Source: Anolis carolinensis
Taxonomy: Eukaryota
Assembly (NCBI RefSeq): GCF_035594765.1
Contig: NC_085844.1
Span: forward strand, 163,200,107-163,264,106
Reading direction: 5' to 3'
Length of the DNA: 64,000 bases
Shown in pieces: positions 44,647 through 58,616 of this stretch; position 1 is the first letter of the stretch, and the number at the start of each line of letters is the position of its first letter. The notes below the pieces were generated by a model. The model was not told the origin of the DNA. It saw only the letters and a list, made by a program, of their open reading frames with translations, and made no database searches. The translations under genes were made by a program, and so were the position numbers.

Positions 44647-47600
44647 ATGTCTATAATGTAAATAGTTGTAAGAATTGACAAAGCCAACTCGTGAGTATTT
44701 CTTTTAAAATAAAACCCTATGAAATTCATGGTGTCACCATAGATCAACAGGCACATACACAAACCAGAGATGTGATCAGCCTAGGAATCCTATATATAGT
44801 GAGGTAGAAAACTCGCTGCAGCAGAAATTCAAAAAGAAACAAACAAACCAACCAATCATAAAGTGAGAATAAAAAGCCACAATTTTTGCCAGGAATTGTC
44901 AGCGTATAACTTGAGTTAGTAAAACAGTTTTTGAATGCATATATACATATGTATATGTGTGTTTACAAATCTGGAGAACTACAGCTACTGGTCCAGCTAA
45001 TGTTGTCCTATTTATTTACGCCCAGAAATAGTTATTAAGTAATATTTGCCACCTTGCTTTGGAGTTCGTCCTTTATCAGGCATGGGTGGCATTTATGGGG
45101 TAATGAACAGGTTGGGTTTTTTTTTTAAAAAAAAATTAATCCCTAGAGACTTGCATCATGTTTCAGGTTTTTTGACTATTAGGTATTGAAAAGCTTTTAA
45201 GCCCTAATGATTACTGAATTCTGATACTTCAGTTCCCTGATATAATACTACCAAGCATTATCTACATTACAGGTTTATATATTATTAACCATGGTTCAAT
45301 CACTGAATCAAATCATTGGAAGGGACAGCAAACAATATCTACTTCAACCTCCTGCTGTGCAGGAATACACAATTAAAGAATGCTCAAAAGATGACCGATA
45401 ATGAAATAATTAAAAATAGTATCCTATCCTGTTTGATTCCCAGAGCAGAGTGCCACTTTCAGATCACCACACCATTCTGGTTCAGCTGGTAGATTACAAC
45501 TAAGAAATCCAGATTACTTCATGGAAAGTGAAACTAATGGGAAAAAACCCTTTCAGTTGCTATATCATCCACTTGTCTCTTCTAAACTTATCTTTCATCT
45601 GCTACAGCAGGGGGGCTCTTATTTTGCTTGACAGGTGGCACAGTGCTCTAAATATTGTTATGTGAATATATTTTTAAAGAATTTTGAAATATGCTGCGTC
45701 ACAGTCTTCACCAATTTTAAAAGCGTGTAATTCACCTTTCAGCATCTAGAGGTGTAAGAAGTTAATTGAATAATCTGCTCAGTAGCTTCCTTGATTTAAA
45801 TTCCCAAAACTTGATATGGAATTCAAAGAAGTTGACTGTGCAGAACTCGTGCTATCTCTGGTCGCTAAGATACGGCAGGGCACAGTGGTCTTCTTGCAGT
45901 CACCACCATACCTTTTGTAGCTTATTGACACTAAGTTGTATTATCTGGATTCCAGGAACGGGAATCAGATTAATGGGTATGAATCTCCGAACTACTACAT
46001 GTAAGGGAGGCAAATCCATTAGCAACAACCTCCAGGATTTATAATGGACTCTACAGAAGATGCCTCACCTGTACTGCACAAAAAGGAAAATCAGCCAGTT
46101 TAGCAAGATTTTCAAATGCTGATTTATTATGAATAAATGTTTGATTTGTATACCTATTTTATATACCTGTATACCTGGGGTCATGTAAAAATTTCTTGGA
46201 TGGAAAGGGATTGCAAGTGGAAAAAAGTTTAAGAAGCCCTGCTCTAAGCAACATTTTACTATTATCCCTATCACCATCATCACTTTTAAAAGATAGAAAT
46301 GCTACGAAGATAAGCACAGCAAGAAAATTTTGCTCTCTTAGGGTGTTATTCCACATAACCCCCTCCCCATTTCTAAAAACTTCAAAAACATTAAGGAAAC
46401 AAAGTACAACTGAGCCTATCACATGGCACAGGGAGACTTCCCTCTTGCATCTGTCATGCTTTGTTAGCGAGATGTTTTAAAAGTGTAGAAATGGGGGTGG
46501 AGGGATAGGAGACAGGTAGAAATCATCTTCTGAGTGCATGATTCGATTGGGAATGGAAGAAAGCAGGGGAAAACATGTGATGGGATTTGTCATATTTGCC
46601 CATGTTGAATCACAGCAGTGACATGGTGTAAAGGGCGTTCCTCTGAGTGGTCTCCTACTAAGCATTAGCATTTATTTCCCAAATCCTGCTTCTTGAGCCT
46701 GGCATGGTATTTTTTAAATTAATGTAATCATTAAAAATTCTGAAATTTCAAGATATCATCACTTTCTTTTTCCTGTCATTTCACTTTCATAGTAATGTTG
46801 GCTTTCAAAATTGTACTACTGCTAGCTTTTAAACTTTGTTGCGGACTTCCGCAATGGAGAGAAATGAGATTGGGGGGAAATGAGAGGAGCCAGAGAAGGG
46901 AGGTCAGAGTCCCTTTGAGGCTGATGGATTGAGGGGAAAGTCAAGTATCCCCAAATGGTGTCTGGTTTAAGAACTATATATTGGGTCTACTCGGGAGTAG
47001 TGAAATGGGAAAGTCAAGAAAGTCAAGTGGTATATGTCTTAAAAACAGTGCCTTGGGTCTACTCCAGAGTAGCGGGATTGGAGGGGAGAATCAAGTATCC
47101 CAAAAAACCAAGTTTTTTCCCATGGTATTTTTTAATGGAGTGGGTGGTAACTGGCTGCACTTGCTTGTGTGATAAATCTGAAAAACGGATGATTTTGGGG
47201 GAAAAGGCAAGAAAGAACAATGTTTGATGGGATCTGAGAAATGATACAATTTGCTTTCTAACACAATAATGGCATGGTAATATGATGCCCCCCCCATGAG
47301 ATGAGGTCCATACTCTTTGCAAACCAAAATTGTTGAATAAAGCATTTTAGTTTGGTATTTGTATTTTAATATGTTGTTGTTCCCCATCTTGAATAACAAC
47401 AACAACCACAACAACAGCAACAATAAGGTTTTGTTAATGCAAAGATGGCAATGTTAGCTTTATAAAACTACAATGTGCTATGCCACACATGCTCCTAGTT
47501 TGAAGTGCTATTCCAGCTCTCTTTGTGTGCAGTCCTTCAGTTGCATATCAACTTATGGTGACCTCATGTACTTCATTGGGTTTCCTTCGGCAAGGAATAT

Positions 47601-48645
47601 TCAGATATGTTTTTAACAGTTCCTTCCTCTGATACAGAATTTATAGCACCTGGGAACTGTTGACAGTCTCCCATTTAAGTACAAATGAGGATAAACCATG
47701 CTTAGTTACTAAATCAGCTACTATTTTTTTCCAGTAACATGATCTGTATCTAAATCTTTATCAATGCATACCTTGTTTATTCATCTTGGTTTCTGAAGCT
47801 GCGATAGTTTTGTAAAGAAATTATCATTAGTTGATCTTACAGGTTTCACCAGAGTTTGCAGAAATTGCTCTGCATGTGTTTGTTTTTGGACTTCTGATTA
47901 TTACAGTTCTTGAGGGGACCACACATTTTATTTTGCCAGTGTTTCTGATGATCACACATTCATTAACTCGCTTAACCCCTCATTTCTTGTATAAAATAGA
48001 ACATCTCTGTGACTGTTTTGTCACTTCTTGTTTCCATGGAGACACTCTTTGAATGCAGTTATAATTAGTATGCTGCAGCCACAGTAGATTGTCCTCTGAA
48101 AGAAGTAAGAACATCCTAGGAAAGATGTGTTATGCTGTCAATTTCAGAACACTTAAATGGAAGCAATTTTTATGAACTATGAGGTCAAGCTAATAAAATG
48201 TGTTGTGAGGCACAGCAGGCTGAAGCGTTAAACAAGCATGTTCTCAGATCTCTGTACATGTCTAAAGCTAAAGCAAACATTGCATGAGTTACTTTGGTTA
48301 TCTGTATTCATTGGATATTTAAAATGAGTTTACCTACTTTATGAAAACTTATTCTAATAGGAGGCAGTTTTTTTTATAATGATGGTGGTAATTATGGTTA
48401 TTATGTTTATATAATGCTTTTTCTCTTCACATATTGGACTCAACACATTTGCACTTGCAAGCCTTGTGTTTGGAATTTGAGAAATCTTGATTTAGTTTTT
48501 GGGATTTAGATTGATAATGGATACCAATCATTTGCATGAAATGTAATGAATAATAATGGGATTTGTAGTTTTACAAGGACTTTAGCCTTCTCTATCAAAG
48601 AGTGCTGGTGTCTTGCCAAATGGTGGTATTGGGAATAAACCTTTC

Positions 48646-48855
48646 ATTGTAGACTGAATGCAGTTTGATGTCACTTTGACTGTCTTGGTCCAATGCTCTG
48701 GAATCCTAGGGGCTGAAGTTTGACAAGGTCTTCGACCTTCTCTGCCAAATAGTGTTGATGCTTCAACAAACTATAAATCCCATGATTCTATAGCATTAAT
48801 CCATGACAGTTCAACTGATGTCAAACTTCATTAAGTTTAAAGTGTAGATGCAGCC
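48646..48855. mobile_element. Harbinger-like palindromic MITE (same family as 6636-6832 and 51414-51778)
   Basis: Shared internal sequence and right terminus AGTGTAGATGCAGCC. Confidence 0.6.
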
Positions 48856-51413
48856 TAGGAGAAGAACATACTAGCCCCATCTTCTTCATGACCGTTTTGA
48901 TCTCATGACAAGAGATGCATGTGAAGAGGTTAGCCTCCTTTGTCCATGGAGGAGCTCATGTGATCCAGAATCCTGATGTTTTTCCAGTGATCTGCCTTGT
49001 AGAAAACACTCTCTGCTCGAAACTTCAATTCTTTTATTTACGCAAAGCAATAATTGAAGGCCAGAGATTGTCTATCCCCTATCTTGAATATTTCCTTAAC
49101 CTTCGTTCAGCAAGCTTGAATGGGATGTTTGTCAGGTTTGAAACTATTCAAAGGGGGAAATATAAATTCCTATCTTCTGTACAGGTGGGATCAAACAAGG
49201 CCATTGCTTCCACCCCTGGAAATGGGCAGGGATTGTTACTTCCACTCCAATCCCATCCAGCCCAAAAGCTGCTTCAAAGGGTTGGGAAACCCTACAGAGC
49301 AGAGTGGTGAGGGAAAGAAGGGAAGACCTCATTGTGCTTATAGCCGTCTATTTTTATCCCTGGTTCTGGTTTTAATGAGCACAGTGGAAACAGTAATTTT
49401 ATCTCTACTTCCTAGATCTTTAATAAAAATGTTAAAATCTTTAATAAAAATGTTAAAAGGATTAAGCAGTACTTTTGGAAGCTGAGACAGGCATTGTGCC
49501 TTTTCCCATGAAGCTGTCAATGGTGAAAGATATTGAGATCACTCCATGATATTACCATTCTAGCCAGACAGTTTCACCTTTGAAAAGATATGCCCAGAGT
49601 GTTGTCAATTTTAGCAAGTGATATAGAGAAATGGAATGATACAGAAGTTTCAGCACAGAAGACAAAATGTGAATATAGCCAGAAGTATGTTATACTTGAG
49701 CAGGCTGATGTGAAGTTTCTAAACTCTTTTTAATGTCAAGTTTCTCCTTGCTCTTTTGAAACTGTAATGAAGTCTCTTTGTTCAAATGTGTTCTGCCAAT
49801 TCAGACATATTGACGTTAGTGTTGACAGCAGATGATGGGGAGATCTGATAGTTAAATTGATAGCAATAGGGTTCCTTTGTTGCCATTTAGTGAATGCAGA
49901 CATTTGGTATCCACTGAGGTTTGGCTCCATGGCCACCATAAGATACTCAAATTCCTATTGTTTACAATAGCATAGTAGAATTGTGTGTGTGTGTATATTG
50001 GAAAAATCAAGTTTTGCTGTTTGGAAATTTTGAGGAGGCGGAATATTTTCAAGATGTGCATGGTTAAACTCATGAATGCCAAACCTGTGGACACAGAGGG
50101 CTGGCTGTAATTACTTTGAAGTGTACCAATGGAGTCATGTCTGCTATTTCAACCTGATCTCATCTTTCTTATCTTGTTTTCCATCCCTTTAGGGGCAACA
50201 TAGAGAAGCAATGCACAAGGTTGCGCAAGTCAAACCCAAACAACCAAAAGACTATGACGTCAGACCGTCTTTGAGCTATTCATCTCTAAGAAACTTGTGA
50301 AGATAAACATGTTCTTCAATTGCATCCCAGCAAAACCTATTAGCAAAATAACTTAAAATGTTATATTCAGCCAGTATTTATTTCTTATTTTTAGGTGTGA
50401 TTTTATAGTAGGACTAGATAAGGAAAGAATTTCATGTGAGTGTCTGAGGCATAAATGGTCTGTAGCCATAAATCAATGCTTTCTGGCATACTCTTGGCTG
50501 GAACTGATTATCTGGAGCCATTTCAATTTCATTTCAATCAGGTTTTGGTTCCCAAACTGTATTCATCACCCTATTTTCTTACCCTTACTAGAAATGGAGC
50601 AGAGGAACTGTGATTACCCAGCAACTTTGAATACAATAGACTTGATTTCCTTTGGAGCTCACTCATTCTTTCAATGGTTGGGGATGCCATATTATAGTGA
50701 TTCTCAGGAGAAATGTTAGGAAATAGTTGGTCCTGTCTGTGGGAATTCTGTGGGCTTCTGCAGAATTTAACTTTGTTTCCCATTACTTTAAACACTTCCA
50801 TGAAAACTCTTGGAGATCTTGTCTGAGATCTAGAGGACATATTTATGTAGTGCCACGAGGTTCTGTTCTTGGACCATTACTTTTCAACATTTTTATCAAC
50901 ATTTAAATGGCAGGGTTGAGGGAATAATTATCAAGTTTGCCAATGATATTTAATGTAGATAAAACATTGGAAGATGGAAACAGAATCCAAAAGTCCCAAG
51001 ATATATTGGAAAATTGAACAGAAATTAATAAAATGAGATTTAGAAGAGAAAAATGAAAAATTCTACATTTAAGCCACAAAAATCAAATACACAGGTATGG
51101 TATGAGGGGTACATAGCTCAGCAATACAGTTTGCAAAATGGTTTTGAGGATATTTTTGATCACAAGTTGGCCATGAGTCACCAAATAAGGCAAATTTTAA
51201 TCTGAATTGACTAAAGCATGGTTTCCAAGTTGAGAGAGATAACAGTCTCATTATATTCAGTACTGATCTTATGGAGTTTTATATTGAGTTCTGGGCACCT
51301 CATTTTATGAAAATCACTTGAAGCAGGTTCCAAGTAAGGCAATAAGGATGATAAGAGGCATGGAGAACAAACTAAATCAAAAAAGGTTGGAAGAGCCGGG
51401 CATGCTCAACCTG

Positions 51414-51778
51414 GGGTGCATCTGCACAGTAGAATTAATGTAGTTCAATGCCACATTAACTGCCATCACTCAACGGCACTTAATGCTGGAAGTTGTAGTT
51501 GTCCAAGATCTTTAGGCTTCTCTGTCAAGGAGTGCTGGTGCTTCATCAAACTACAATTTCTAAGATTTTATACCATTGGGCCATAGGTGTTAAAGTGGTG
51601 TCAACTGCATTTAATTCTACAGTGTAGATCAGGCATGGGCAAACTTTGGCCCTTCAGGTGTTTTGGACTTTGGCTCCCACAATTCCTAACAGCTGGCAAG
51701 CTGGCTGGGATTTTTGGGAGTTGAAGTCCAAAACACCTGGAGGGCTGAAGTTTGCTCATGCCTGGTGTAGATGCATCT
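51414..51778. mobile_element. Harbinger-like MITE inserted in the CR1
   Basis: TIRs GGGTGCATCT / AGATGCATCT with 3-bp flanks CTG / TTG; the CR1 sequence rejoins across it. Confidence 0.75.
51630..51764. mobile_element. hAT MITE (135 bp) inserted in the Harbinger-like MITE
   Basis: TIRs CAGGCATGGGCAAACTT / AAGTTTGCTCATGCCTG, perfect 8-bp TSD GTGTAGAT (51622-51629 and 51765-51772). Confidence 0.92.
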
Positions 51779-53254
51779 TTGGTGAAGAGAACTGATAGGT
51801 GACATGATTACTCTTTATATTCTTCAAGGACTGTCACAGAGCAGAGGGGACAGGTCTGTTCTCTGTTGCCTTAGAAGGGTAGGACTAATAGTTTGACATT
51901 ACAGAAGAGTAGATTTTGATTGAACATTAGAAGGAACCTCTTGACAATGAAAGTGGTACAGCAGTTGAACCAATTCCCTGTAGAAGTGTTGAAGGCTCCT
52001 CCTTTGGATATCTTCAGAAGGAGGCTGGGTAGTTATCTACTTAGGATGCTTTATATGGAGGTCTTGCATTAAGCAGAGGTAAACTCAATAGCCATTGAGG
52101 ACCTTTCCAGTTTTATGGTTTCAGGATTAGAAATGTGATATCATTAGCATGTTGTTGATACCCAGAACTGTTTTTCTAGGTGGAACACTCTGCTTGCTTA
52201 ATGAGTGCCTGGAAAAAGCACTGAGTGCTGAGAAACAAAAGTAAAGGTAAGCTCCAGGCAGAAATAATTATCTGTAGAGGTTCTATGTAATGGTTGACTG
52301 GGGCAATGCCTGTTTTATCTGAGAAAACACTGTCCTCGAATGATAAAGTTCATAGCTGGTTTTTGGAATCCAAGGTGAAGATGGTGATCCATGGTAAACT
52401 TTTCTGGTTTTGATATTGAATGTCAACCACCCTTTCTATCTTGGTTGCCTCCATATTCCATGTACCTTCCTCTGCATCGAGCTGCTCTTCAATAGAAATT
52501 TCAATGACCACAGCTCATAATTCTTAATCATGGTTTTTGATGGAAACAAATTGGTGAAAACATCATACTTATTCCATAACAATTGAAATGGGGTCCCCAT
52601 TTTGTTTATTATCTGGTCTATCAAGCTGCAAATAGTTTGAACCTGAACAGACATTCCTCCCTGTATATCTCTCCTCTCCTTTATGCCACATATAAGAAAA
52701 CAATAGTCTTGCCTGCATGAGGATTATAAAGGGTGGGGAAGTTACAGACTTCCTTGACACTTACTAGTAATATAGTCATATGATAATTATAATCAAACTT
52801 ATTTATATTTGAAAAACTGTGGAATTACTTGGTCTTTGCATACTGTCTTTGTAAGTTTATGAATGTCACATTGTGAATGTTTTGACTTATATGTATTTGT
52901 TAGTTGCATTTGTATCCAGCCTTTGTTTCATTGAACTCAAAGTGGCATACATAATTTTCTTCCTCCACACTTTAACTTTGCAATAACACCATGCGATTGA
53001 TCTGACTGAGAATGTTAGAGGACCAAGATCTTCCAGTGAGATTTATGGCTTAATGTAGACTAGAACTTAGAATTCCCAAGTTCCAGGTCAACACTTCCTG
53101 TCATTTCTGCTGTTTTGCTTGAACAAGAGATTGTGTCAATCAAGGCCTTCCTTCCCCCCTCCTTTCCAGGTGGCATATACTATAGACTGTACTAGATGTC
53201 TCACAGGTGTGTATTTTTGGAGCTACACTTGACCATGATAGTAGATCATGGTCA

Positions 53255-53678
53255 AGTGGGTATGATAGACAGGGCTTTTTCGGTGGTGGCTCCATGGCTG
53301 TGGAACTCCTTGTCAAGGAAGATTAGGGAAGCCCCCTCACACATGTATTTTAGGAAGCAGCCGAAGACCTGGATGTGGGACCAAGTTTTTGGCCCCATTC
53401 TAAGATATAAGTTAATATGACCTGATGGATTCTGTGAATTAATATTTAGTCGAACACAGACTAGCTCTGACTTTGGCTTGAAACTGCCCCTGTTGTAATG
53501 GTCACATGATTTTTATTGTTTTAATTTGATTTGGATACCAGCTTTTAATTGTGTTTTATGTTTGGTTTTACTACATTTTGCATTATATATGGCATCTAAT
53601 TCTACCATTGTATAAGACCGCTCTGGGTCCCCCTGGGGGAGAAGAGCGGTACATAAAACAAATAAATAAATAAATAAA
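53255..53678 (+). mobile_element. L2 LINE 3' fragment
   Basis: DRAFSVVAPWLWNSL C-terminal motif, T-rich UTR, stem-loop CCGCTCT...AGAGCGG and a (TAAA)n tail. Confidence 0.8.
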
Positions 53679-53865
53679 TTGGTACAATCAGTTTTTCCAT
53701 TGACATAGAATTACATTTTTTCCCTCTCAGCTTTGAACGAAACACCAATTATGCTTGGCTTGCAAGACAACCTTTGAAATGGCATTAAAATTGCACCCAC
53801 ATTCTTTTTGTTTATCCACTCCCCAAATAGCGTTCCTCTATTATTGGAATCATGATGGACTATAC

Positions 53866-54426
53866 CAGGGGTCCCCAAACTAAGGCCCGGGGGCCGGATG
53901 CGGCCCATCGAAGCCATTTATCTGGCCCCCATAGCACAAGGGCAGAAGGGGTTTGGGCTAAATGACCCAAGGGATCTCTTCTTCTCTTAAAACCCTTATT
54001 GTTGTTGTTGTTGTTGTTGTTGTTATTATTTGAAACACAACAAGATGAGTCCACAGCAGACACTCTGCTGGCTGTTGTATTGGATTACACATCGGACACT
54101 TCCTAAGTGTCTAGGACTGTGTGATGTATCGGCGAATAATGTGTGCAGATCCCAGTAAGGTGGCCTTCTGCAGCTGGCAGATGGTAATTTTGTTAGCGCC
54201 GATTTTGTTAAGTGCAGGCCAAGGTCTTTAGCTGATTACCACTGGGACCACCTTGACTGGCTTGTGCCAGAGTCTTTGTAATTCGATCTTTGAATCCTCA
54301 TATCATGTCAGCTTTTCCAGTTGTTTCTCCTCAATCCTTCTGTCACCTGGGATTGCAACATCGACAATCCATACTTTGTTTTTTAACACGATTGTGAGGT
54401 CAGGAGTATTGTGTTCCAAAACCCTA

Positions 54427-54484
<58 letters not shown>

Positions 54485-54729
54485 ATTGAGGTGGGGTGGC
54501 CATCTGTCAGGGATGCTTTGCTTGTGCTTTTGGTGCACAGAGGCAGAAGGGAGTTGGACTCAATGGCCCAAAGGGTCTCTGCCAACCCTCTTTTTTATTG
54601 TTGTTGTTGTTGTTGTTGTTGTTGTTATTATTATTATTATTATTGCTCAGTGGCCAACTATAGTCCAGCCCTCCAACGGTCCAAAGGATCGTGACATGGC
54701 CCCCTGTTTAAAAAGTTTGGGGACCCCTG
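53866..54729. mobile_element. Composite non-autonomous hAT element
   Basis: TIRs CAGGGGTCCCCAAACT / AGTTTGGGGACCCCTG and a perfect 8-bp TSD GACTATAC (53858-53865, 54730-54737). Interior has microsatellites, two CR1-3'UTR-like pieces and an R4/Dong fragment. Confidence 0.92.
54031..54424 (-). mobile_element. R4/Dong-clade LINE 3' fragment (restriction-like endonuclease domain) lying between (TTA)n/(TTG)n repeats
   Basis: Minus strand translates HNTPDLTIV...IVDVAIPGD...EK..*Y...VVPVVI...LQKATLLGSAHIIRRYI, the RLE PD..D and terminal LQK motifs. Confidence 0.8.
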
Positions 54730-55200
54730 GACTATACACATAACCCAGCATATGCTGTAATTTTGGAAGTGTATAGTGGCAAATATTCTATCAAAACGTT
54801 GTCTGTGAAAAGCATACAAATTGTGTTGCTGACTTTGCAGGAGATTTGATACAACTTTAACAGACGATTGAGTGAACAGGAAAAATGTGTCCAGAAATTG
54901 ATTTTTTTCCAGCTTCTCAGAACAACTTTATCTCAGTAGATTTAGGAAGTCAATAGGCCTGGTGACTTCAGGTTAGAAGTTTTCTGCACAATTTCTTCAA
55001 TTTTTTTTAAAGGGCGAGTAAGGATATATTTTATTTATTTATTTTGCATTCTGCTGGTTTAAGGTTTAGAGTCATTACACATAGTGTTTGACTAATTTGA
55101 CTGAGTAAGATGTACAATGATGCAAAGCCTTCTATATTCTGGGGGGAACTGATTCCTTTTAGACAACAAATGACAACTTTATCAACCTAGATAATGCAAC

Positions 55201-55688
55201 CTGGGCACCGCAGTTGAAGGGAGATGTTGACAAACTGGAATGTGTCCAGAGGAGGTCAACTAAAATGATCAAGGGTCTGGAGAACAAGCCCTATGAGGAA
55301 CGGCTTAAAGAGCTGGACATGTTTAGCCTGCAGAAGAGAAGGCTGAGAGAAGACATGATAGCCATGTATAAATATGTGAGGGGAAGTCATAGGGAGGAGG
55401 GAGTAAGCTTTTTTTCTGCTGCCCTGGAGACTAGGACGTGGAACAATGGCTTTAAACTATAGGAAAGGAGATTCCACCTGAACATCAGGAAGAACTTCCT
55501 CACTGTGAGAGCTGTTCGGCAGTGGAACTCTTTGCCCTGGACTGTGTTAGAGGCTCCTTCTTTGGAGGCTTTTAAAGCAGAGGTTGGATGGCCATCTGTC
55601 GGGGGTGCTTTGAATGCTATTTCCTGCTCCTTGGCAGGGGGTTGGACTGGATGGCCCGTGAGGTCTCTTCAAACTCTATGATTCTGTG
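55201..55688 (+). mobile_element. Young CR1 LINE 3' fragment
   Basis: WAPQLKGDVDKLECVQRRSTKMIKGLENKPYEERLKEL..FSL.KRRLR.D motif, one premature TAG (55460), CR1 3' end ...AACTCTATGATTCTGTG. Confidence 0.92.
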
Positions 55689-58616
55689 TATATTGCATAC
55701 ATTCACATCGATGCATTGTGTATCTCTTTCAAATGTTGTAGGGTTGCCTCGTTCCTCAAATATGATATAAACACTAGATATTCTAATTTGAAATTGACAC
55801 AAATCTTAGTCCAAAACTAGTGAAATTACTGCTTTCTAAAAATGTTGATCCTAAATTTATGAAGAGAAGTTAATTCACAGAGAACACAGGTAGCTAAAAG
55901 AATTATGAGAATCTCACCTCGTGGTCCATGAAATGAAGCAAGGCTTTGTCTATATACCATTATTACTAGATTTGATGGTGTGTTAAACCCACCTGTGCCC
56001 CAAATTCACCAGCCACAGTCTTTTGGAGAGATACACCTCCCCAACAGATTTCATTCACAAGACCTTCATAACCTCATTCATGAGGCCTTTTTAATGCCTC
56101 ATGAATAAGGTCTTGGTTGGGAAGCCGCTGCCCATCTGTCAGGCCGAGGCTGGAGAATTCACCAGTCTCAGCTTGATGGAGGGACATAGCTTCTCCTTGC
56201 CTTTTGGCCATTCTGAGGCAGGCAGCAGAATGGCCAAAAGGCAAAAGGAAGCCACACAGTGCACTCAGTAACAAATCCTTTTTTGCACTGCACATCTTCA
56301 AAATTGAGGTGTCTACTACAATTGATAGCATGTTATACTCAAGTAAATATGGGTAAGTTCACATCACAGATCTGGGGATCTCTAAATGTGATTGTATGAA
56401 GCACAAATGTTGTCAGGTAGAGCTTTAAAAAGGCAGATTATTTAGTTTAGTACGATTTAAGTGTGTTCCAACCAAACAGAAGCTTCTCCTTCTGCAAATA
56501 TGATCCATGACTTGGTACAAAACCTTTTTTAAAATTATTTTCTCTCCTTGTTTACTCTACATGATAGCTCTGTGATATCTTACCCAAAGGATACATCAAA
56601 TCTGTACAATTTTTTACCTTTTAAGAATGCTATAGTATTGTGTGATTTCAGGCTGTTCGTAAGGCCCAGTGCTAAATCTTAAACAACCATAAAATGAAAT
56701 GAAAATGGGAAAGTAGAAGTTGTAAATAGTCACTCCAGGATGTTATGGTGAATCTGGGGTGGGTGGGGTGGGTACATATATTTACGCTTTTAAGTGTTTT
56801 GCTTTAGTGTATATGTTAATTTTTAAATGTTGCTGTGTGCTCTCTCGTGAGCCAGTAAACAAATATGTAATTTTGGTTTAAATGACTAAATCTAAGCATT
56901 TCTTCATAAGTTTTTGCAGAACAAATGAATAAGCCACAGTTGCATCTTCCTTAGCAATAACCATTTGCAGTCTGTGTGTGTGATATTACTTGAGCCTAAT
57001 TAAACCAGAGGGACTTGCAGGAGAGAAATTACGCAAGTTAGAATTGGATTCAGCTTTCAAACAAATAAGTGTAAACCCATAGGAGCTGTAGAGTGAATAT
57101 AGTTTTGCCATTTGCAGTGGCCAGGATCCAAAGAACTTCCTTCTGTTAGTCCAAAAGGACTTTGAAATTAAGAGGCATGATCAATCACTTTTGAGAACAA
57201 GGAGGGTTTCAAATAGAGAAAGAAGAAAACATAAACTCATAGCTCCATTGAGCATATTTGACTCTTTGATATTGACACTAAGCATTAGATAAAAGTATGC
57301 AGCTATACTTGTATTCTGTTCTCAGTATTGAAGCTCATTAGATGGACACAGATGGTGTCATGGAAGACAACAGTAAAATGGTATCGCTTTGCATTTCCAT
57401 CAGACATGTCTACGTGATAGGACAGTATTTACAATAGTAATTCCTGAAGCAGAAGGCCTACTTTGGAGGCGAAAGGATACACCATGTGGCCTGTACCACT
57501 GTGGCCTCCAAGCCTGCTTTGTTTCCCCCTACTCCATTGCATCCTGTATCTATAATCTAGTGTGTCCAATTCACTAACTAGCAGTAGAGTATTAATTGCC
57601 ATAAATACAAAAAAGGTCTTGGTGAATTGTTTAAGTAAATGGCCTACAGATTTAAAAGGAAATTGCCCAATGGTAGATCAGGCTTCCTCTTATATGGGAG
57701 ATGGTATAGTCTCAAGGAATGATGGGGCAGGAACTATTCATTTATTCCTTCTCTAACCATTCTTTCTGCTGTTGTACATGTTTCACCTGAAATGTCCAGT
57801 TTATTCTTGAAATAAAGATTTCCTTCTAGTTCTGATTCAGGCAGTGTTACCTAATTAGAAGACACTTGTCTCCCTGATGCAGCAGTGATGGATATGACCA
57901 TATTGTTTTGTACATGAGTTGTTTCTCTGTTTCAGAATATTTTCTCTAGAGTTGATCTCATCCATATTCTATCATGCTTGTGGGGATAAAGTCTCTGACA
58001 TTGACAGCTCAATCATATGAATAGCATATCTATTCAGAAGCAAGTTTTATTGAGTTTAAAGACCAATGTGTATAAGTTACATCATACATGGCTTGTAAAT
58101 ATATGCTATATTTGCAGCATGATTATTTATGTTGGGTAGGATAAATTGGGTGAGATAAGAAATAATCATTTATCCTGAGCAGTAAATATGGGTTGCCAAG
58201 GAAGTCATTCAATCTAGATTGGGACTGAGAGGAGTCCATTCCTTTCTTGAGCTATTAGCCCCCAAAGGTGCCAACGAACAGCAATTTCTTCTTTATTTGT
58301 TTATTTCTCCAGAATTTTGTTCTGCAGAAAATAGTGCAGAGAAAAGTGATATTCCTGCATTGCACAGTTTGGTCCTGATCCAATTCTACTGTTACTTTAC
58401 ATAAGGCAACTATTTCTTTATTTTTCTTCTCCCTTTCCCTTCTTTGTTTCCAGCAAATGCATCATCTACTTTGGGTTTTGAGCTGTGTATTGCTCGAGGA
58501 ATGAAGTTCTCAGGATGCTTTCATTTCAGATGGTGATAAATTTCCACATAGGCACAGAGATAGTAACAGATTTGAAAAGTTTCCAAAATGTTTAAGGGGT
58601 TAGAATCCCACTGTTG

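Larger units (their letters stand above)
50848..52128 (+). mobile_element. Old CR1 LINE 3' fragment interrupted by nested MITEs
   Basis: Degenerate VPxGSVLGPLLFNIFIN and KFAND (FADD) motifs, TTCTGGGCACC, AACATTAGAAGGAAC and a CR1-type 3' UTR. Confidence 0.8.

Noticed and set aside
46837-47265. TG-starting segment with duplicated TTGGGTCTACTC..GAGTAG and TCAAGTATCCC motifs, LTR-like
   Set aside because: No matching CA end or TSD could be fixed; left unclassified.
52180-52246. 67-nt segment with a good acceptor (TTTTTCTAG) and donor (AAG|GTAAGC)
   Set aside because: Stops in all three frames, short pyrimidine tract and no other support; a non-coding exon cannot be excluded.
54253-54743. ORFs with poly-Tyr, poly-Leu, poly-Cys and poly-Val tracts (also 14995-15177)
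   Set aside because: Translations of (TTA)n/(TTG)n microsatellites.
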